DNA of 64,000 nucleotides, taken from the NCBI GenBank assembly GCA_002189035.1, contig NEEC01000012.1, positions 2,418,001 to 2,482,000 on the forward strand. Reading direction: 5' to 3'. This stretch comes from Utricularia gibba (taxonomy: Eukaryota; Plantae; Magnoliophyta). The translations under genes and the position numbers were made by a program. Under the pieces are notes generated by a model. It saw only the letters and a list, made by a program, of their open reading frames with translations, had not been told where the DNA came from and searched no databases. Positions 57,885 through 64,000 of this stretch are shown here, in pieces (position 1 is the first letter of the stretch; each line of letters begins with the position of its first letter).

Positions 57885-59584
57885 ATGGCTACTCTGCTAC
57901 ATTCGTCGACTCCGATGGTGAAAACTTCACCGGAGTATGCTAAAAGGTCTCCGATTTTTCACGCCCATGTTCCGAAATTGCATTCTTTCCCGCTCAGCGA
58001 TGGGTTTGCGAAAGCTTTGTCTTCAACTTCTGTGACTATGTTTCCTAGAGATAACGTCTTCACATTACCCAATTGGAGATCAGGTAGAACTGAGCAAAAG
58101 GCTAGAGAAATTAAGCTGAATGATGCGTTTTCGTATTTGGAGTACATGGTGGCCAAAGGGCAAAGACCCGATGTAGCAAATGCCACCCAGCTTTTGTACG
58201 ATCTTTGCAAAGCGAATAAGTTGAAGAAAGCAATCAGGCTTATGGAGATGATGGTGAAATCTGGCAGCATTCCTGATCCATCTTGCTATACTTTCTTGGT
58301 GAATCATTTGTGCAGGAGAGGGAATGTCGGCCACGCAATGCAGTTGGTTGAAAGGATGGAGGAATGTGGGTACTCAACGAATACAGTGACATACAATGCT
58401 ATTGTTCGAGGGCTTTGTATCCGTGGAAGCTTGAGGCAGAGTTTGCAGTTCCTGGACAGGTTGATGGAGAAGGGGGTTGCTCCTAATGCATTCACGTACA
58501 CCATCCTGCTCGAGGCTGCCTACAAAGAGAAGGGAGTTGATGAGGCGATTAAGCTCCTGGATGATCTAATAGCCAAAGGGGGAATCCCAATCTGGTGAGC
58601 TATAATGTTATACTTACTGGTTTGTGCAAGGAGGGTAGGATGGAGGAAGCCATGAAACTCTTCAGGGACTTGCCTGTGAGGGGGTTTAATCCCAATGTGG
58701 TGAGCTACAATATTCTGCTGAGGAGTTTGTGCTATGGAGAGCACTGGGAAGATGCAAAAACGCTCTTATCAGAGATGGTTGGTGATGATCTAGCGCCTTC
58801 CTTTGTGACGTATAACATCTTGATCGGATCACTGTCTTTTCATGGTCGGACGCTTGAGGCTGTGCAAGTGTTGGAAGAGTTGTCCAGAAGTGAAGAACTT
58901 AAACCAGATGCATCAAGCTACAATCCGATTCTAGCTCGGCTCTGCAAGGAAAGGAAGGTGGATGATGTTGTTAAGCTGCTAGATCAGATGATCTCAAGAA
59001 GTTGCAGTCCAAATGAAGGAACATACAACGCCATAGCTCTTCTCTGCGAGGAGGGAATGGTGCAAGAGGCGCTCTCTGTGCTTCGGACGTTGCGGAATGA
59101 AGAAGATACATCGATTCATGACTACTACAGGAATGTCATCTCTAGTTTATGCAGGAAGGGCAACACTTATCCTGCGTTTCAGCTGCTCCCTGGAATGGCT
59201 TCATTTGGATTCACACCGGACTCGTACACATACTCATCCCTGATACGGGGGTTGTGCTTGGAGAGAATGCTGTTCGCTGCCGTGAATGTGATTGAAATCA
59301 TGGAAGAAAGCGGGCATGGTATTGATGTTGATAACTTCAACGCCCTGGTGCTTGGATTGTGCAAATGCAAAAGGACAGACTTGGCACTGCAAGTGTTCGA
59401 AGCCATGATCAGCAAAGGGTGTGTGCCGAATGAGACGACTTACACCATTTTGGTGGAAGGACTGATTCATGAACAAGAGAAGGAGCTTGCATCAGTGCTG
59501 TTGACAGAGTTGAATATTAGACATGTTGTGAGCAGGAGCACGGTTGAAAGGCTTACTATGCAGTATGAACTTCAGCCACAGTGA
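57885..59584 (+). CDS. P-class PPR protein, At1g79080-like, intronless, with an apparent 1-nt deletion at 58578-58582
   Basis: Tandem 35-aa PPR motifs and TQLLYDLCKANKLKKAIR. Two ORFs join if G5 becomes G6 (AKGG-NPNLVSYNVILTGLCKEGR), matching the homologue KGGEPNLVSYN. Confidence 0.9.
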
Positions 59585-59900
59585 GTAGCCTTTGTGCACC
59601 TCATTTTTCTCAGGATTCTTGGTAGCTAGCTACTAAAGAAAAATTAGCTTCCCTATACAAGCATCTTTGCAACCTACAGTGTACATGTTTTCTCATGAAC
59701 AATCGACTAAGAAAACCATCATTTTAGGCATAATGATATGTGAAACCAAGAAATTCATTGGGCTAAACCTCGTCCATAAGAGAGAACAAAAAGAGATTAA
59801 GCACAACTGGAGTTTAACTTCATGACAGAAAGATGGAACTACAAAGTGCACATCAGGTGGTAGTTCACCGAGGTCATTCAAAGCCCCTTTCCAACGTTGT

Positions 59901-60513
59901 TTACTTGGATCGCTGCCTCATCTTTCTTCTCTTTCTCTTCAGCCTCCTCATACGCTTCTTCTTCCACTGCAAACAAAAAGAGTGTATTGATTGTATTCAG
60001 CAACGAAACAACAATATGTAGAAGATGAAAAGACTAAGTAAATTGATGAATCAAGATGGGAACACTTTGTTCTACAAATTTATAGAAATCTACGGATGAC
60101 TGAAAACTAGCACATAAAAAACCGATAACGATTGCATTTCAACTCTCGACAGAAGACCAATTAACAGATAATTGAAACTACCAACAACACATAAAGAACA
60201 AGAGGAATCCCAGCAAAATGCTAACTGTAAACAACATTAAGAAACTAGAAACACATCAAATCTTTTCAAGAAAAAAAGTGTGAAAAAAGAATAGTAAACC
60301 AACGCAGAGACGGCCACTCACGAAAACCTCATGATGGAAATGTAACCCCCCCGGCTATATAATTGAAAAAAAAAACAAAAAAAGCTTGAAGAAACCCAGA
60401 GACACGGACTAAGATTCAACATAACGCGTCCTGAACTATAGAGAGCAACACACGAAACATCAAATCATGATTGAAAATGTGTGAGAATTGCGAAGCCTTA
60501 CCTTCGCCCTCAT
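59901..60513 (-). CDS. RPL41: Ribosomal protein L41 (eL41), 2 exons, 25 aa (not in ORF track)
   Basis: Exon 1 (60513-60502) ATG AGG GCG AAG|gtaagg and exon 2 (59966-59901) give [25 protein letters not shown]. Confidence 0.97.
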
Positions 60514-60597
60514 GTTCCCTCAGACACTTTACTCGCTATCCTTCTTCCTCTTCAGCGCGATATGATCCATACGGCGTTCAGATTATAAATACCTGAG

Positions 60598-60735
60598 AAA
60601 CCCTAATCTCAGAAGGAATTACAAACTCGAAATAGCCCATAAACATTTTCCTTTTTGGGCCCTAGCCCATCACACGAAATCAAATTGGAATAGCCCAATA
60701 ATGGCCCCATTCATGTTAGACAGCTTAGCCCATTA
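60598..60735. promoter_or_regulatory. RPL41 promoter: telo-box plus site II cluster
   Basis: AAACCCTAAT at 60598-60607 and several AGCCCA/TGGGCC/GGCCC motifs at about 60633-60733. Confidence 0.75.
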
Positions 60736-63277
60736 GACACGTTTGGAAGTTGAAGCGAAGGCAAACTTTCTGCCTTCTTTCAATTTGCTCGCATGCAGGC
60801 AGTTTCAGCCTTCATGTTCATTCACTGTAGTGGCTGCTGTGCCTCGTGTTACAGCCTGTGATGGGGAGCTGTTATGTTTGTTGATGTATTATAATAACAA
60901 ACAATTTAATATCGAAATTTGAAATTAAAATAATCTATTTAAAAATTATTATATTCTAATATAATTCATATTTTTTATATATTTGAATTTTACATGTAAT
61001 TGTATGATCTACCAAATTCTTAATTTCGATATGCATAACATACTTTTGATCCAGCATCCTCAAACCGTGCGGCAATGGTTCCAAGTCTGGTTGTAGTCTG
61101 CTTGTTTGAACCGACTTAGACACAAGGTAATTCCTTCAGCTTATTCAGTTTTCCCAGAATGGAGTCTCGTATGCTAAATCACCCTGCCTCAAATTTGAGT
61201 CTATAAATTTAGAGAACTGTTCAGCTTTCAACAGCTAGCTAGGTGTCTGTTCGAAGGTCTCTGTAGCGCCCCATTTTTTGATATGGAAATCTAAAAGTAA
61301 CAAGTGGTGGAATTGCCTCAGAATTCTTTGCTTCTGTCCGACTTGAGATACTAATCTCTAACAAGTATCAAATCATATCCATGTTACCAGTTCTTATTTT
61401 CAAAATCTGGAGATACTGAGTGGAATATCTCAATCCTCTGATTTTTAAGGTCAATGGAGATGAAGATATAGGGCTTGAAAGTTCAAAAAAGTAAGGTAAA
61501 GACTGTCATGTTTGGAAAGCGAGTGAGCAACTTGGTAACTGCAGTTCTGGTGCTTGGGTTCCAGTTTCATTGTACTATGCTCACAGTCCAATCTTCCAGC
61601 CTTGATTTCGGGTTCTACTGTACTGCACAGAAATGACTGATGTGATCCCACAGACAGGCTCATGGTACAGCTACGGAGTATGCAAGGGCAAGCTTCCATT
61701 AAAAATCCAAAGCTCCATAAAACTACTCCACTTAACTTGTTTTAAGCAAGGCAGAGATAGAGCCTTGCAGTAGCTCAAAGATACCCAAACACCACCCCCT
61801 GCTCCACTGTGAATTCAGCAGCGTCTGGTGCCTGATCAGAAGTGGTGTCATGGCTGAAAACAGCAGGGAGATGGCAGCTCGTTGTCCTCCCAAGTCCATG
61901 CTTCCCTCCCATTACTCAGAAGAAGACGCGCAGCACATTGAGACTTGAGATCTTCTTCAACATGATCAGATACGGAATCCTCAGCATTTGTGTCGTGTAT
62001 TCCCATTTTCAGGAGCCTAGATCTCAGACTCAGAACCCCAAGATAACAAAGAGACAACATCAATCTCATTGCAATTGAATTTATTACAAGAAAACATGAT
62101 CGATGATGAGACAGAGTGTACTAACTGAGGCGCTGGGAGACAGTGTAAGATTTGGATAGATTTTGTAGGATGTGGGCCCCAGTGAAATTAGTCAAAATGA
62201 AATAAAATAACATATCTTGGGACTTGAATGGCCTACACCTCCACCCCACTGTTTAATTCGAGCATCGCTTTTTTCTCACCATCCACACTCCCACGTACCC
62301 ATTCTCGTATCCAAGCAAATCCCATCATTCCCAAAATTTTCAAATTAATGTCAAATTTAATTAATTTTTTGTGGATGTAAAAAAAGTTATATAAATACGA
62401 TGATTATTTTTTCTCATAATTTCTGACATATATTCAATTAGACAAAAAATTGGTTATGATTTTTTTAAAAAATATTTCACAAATAATTTTATTATCAAAT
62501 GAATGATGGTTCATACAAATATAAATTTAGAAATGTTAATTACTTTATTTTATTAAAATTATTTTTAAAAAGGTGATTTTGAAGACAGAAGACTACATAT
62601 AATTATAGTACTTTATTATATATAAGAGAAAATAAGGATTATTACTTTTTAGTATAATTTCAATTTGAAATGTTGTGTTTGAAAAACTATGGTTATATTA
62701 CAATTCTTTAAATCATGAATTGTTCATAATAATGATTGGATTAAATTCAAATCGTTTTAAAATAATAAAATAAATCACAATTCAATTTAACTCGTGATTA
62801 AATGTTTTAAATTGTAAAAGTTCATGATTTTTTTATGATTAAAATACTCCCGATGAATTAAATGTAGATTGTGAAATTATTGGTTTTCCGAGTTACCACA
62901 TGCTTTATCATGATTTTAATTTTAAAATTATAGAAATATTTTTTATGAAAAATGTGACTAGTTTCCTTTTATTTTAAATTCTTTTTTTAGAAATAAATTC
63001 CAATAAAAGTCTCTGAAACCTAGTGGCACACAGTATTTGACTTTATTTTTTTAATTATCGCGAGTAAAAAAGTTGAGAATTTTTTGTATTAAAAAAATAA
63101 TAACACAGCTCCATTCCAAGGCCTTTGAAATTTGGCAGTATCTTCCAAGGCATGGCACCAAGATCTTCTCTTCAGATCTTCCCTTCCCCACTTCTAAAAC
63201 TCCCTCCCACCGGCAACCCCACTTCGCCCACCACCTCCTCCTCCTCCTCCTCGACAACGACGGCGGCGACCGAAGAA

Positions 63278-63686
63278 ATGGCGGGTACGGAGCCCCAGTT
63301 TCACATCCTGGCCGTCGATGACAGCGCCGTCGACAGAAAGCTCATCGAACGCCTCCTCAAAGCCTGCTCCTTCAAAGGTAAGGGAATAAACCCTTCCGCC
63401 CTTTCGTTCTTCGCCGCGATTCTCTCATTTCTCAGGCGGGCTTCTTCTGCTCCCTTCCCTTCCACAGTAACGGCGGTTGATTCCGGGAGCAAGGCGTTGG
63501 AGCTCCTCCGACGGAGCCACGATCATTCCCACGTAATTAACTCGGTTTATTTTTTAATTACCAGAGGGTAAAACTTCTAAACGGTAACTTTTTTTTACTG
63601 GGGCTCAGGACGCAGACGTCCATCTCGTAATTACGGACTACTGTATGCCAGAGATGTCTGGGTACGATCTACTCCGGAAAATCAAG
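63278..63686 (+). CDS. Type-A cytokinin response regulator (ARR8/9-like), 5' part; continues beyond the window
   Basis: Exons 63278-63377, 63468-63532 and 63609-63686 give [34 protein letters not shown] and [23 protein letters not shown], including the phospho-acceptor Asp in TDYCMP. Confidence 0.93.
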
Positions 63687-64000
63687 GTACTTTTCTTTTT
63701 TTTTACACTTTTTTATTCATTTTTAGTTTATTTTTTCCATTTTATTTTGATATTGTATTTATTTTACTTCAATTCCAAAATAGTAAATACCCAAGGTCAA
63801 ATTAATAATAAAAAAACAAGAAAAGAACAGATATTGTGAGATTTGACGTATCTAGCGTGGATAGCCTGTCAGCATCGTGGGCCCCATCTGGCAAACTTGG
63901 ACATGAATGAGAATCTTGTGCGGATCTCGATGGCACATTTTTGTTTTTTCTTTTAAATCTGTTTTATTTTTATGGCACATGATAAAATTATATTGTTGAT

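Noticed and set aside
60746-60786. Hairpin TTGAAGCGAAGGCA / TGCCTTCTTTCAA as a miRNA precursor
   Set aside because: The stem is only about 14 bp, too short, and matches no conserved miRNA I recognise.

Overview
Gene-dense plant (eudicot-like) nuclear DNA with no prokaryotic features. I reconstruct 20 protein-coding genes, one tRNA-Ile(AAT) and the probable promoter/5' end of another gene at the left edge. In order: ureidoglycolate amidohydrolase (UAH), tRNA-Ile, JINGUBANG-like WD40, MATE transporter, RPS25, GT77-type nucleotide-diphospho-sugar transferase, CIF-like peptide, double B-box protein, SHI/SRS factor, RHY1A RING E3, NANA-like aspartic protease, defensin-like peptide, PB1-domain B4-RAF kinase, DEAD-box RH36, VIR3-like M41 protease, KRR1, BOI-like RING E3, plastid Iojap/RsfS, At1g79080-like PPR, RPL41 and a type-A response regulator cut by the right edge. 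Three spliced small genes are absent from the ORF track and were assembled by hand: a 3-exon CIF-type peptide precursor (16449-17070, predicted mature peptide DYGTYDPSPAFVKPPFRLIQN), a 2-exon 8-Cys defensin-like gene (32003-31682) and RPL41 (60513-59901). Five otherwise intact genes (MATE, GT77, VIR3, KRR1, PPR) each need one extra base in a short homopolymer to restore the frame, which suggests long-read consensus error rather than mass pseudogenisation. The density (about one gene per 3 kb), short introns and absence of recognisable LTR elements fit a very compact genome such as Lentibulariaceae, but the species cannot be established from this window. Homologue names come from recalled Arabidopsis protein sequences, not from database searches.
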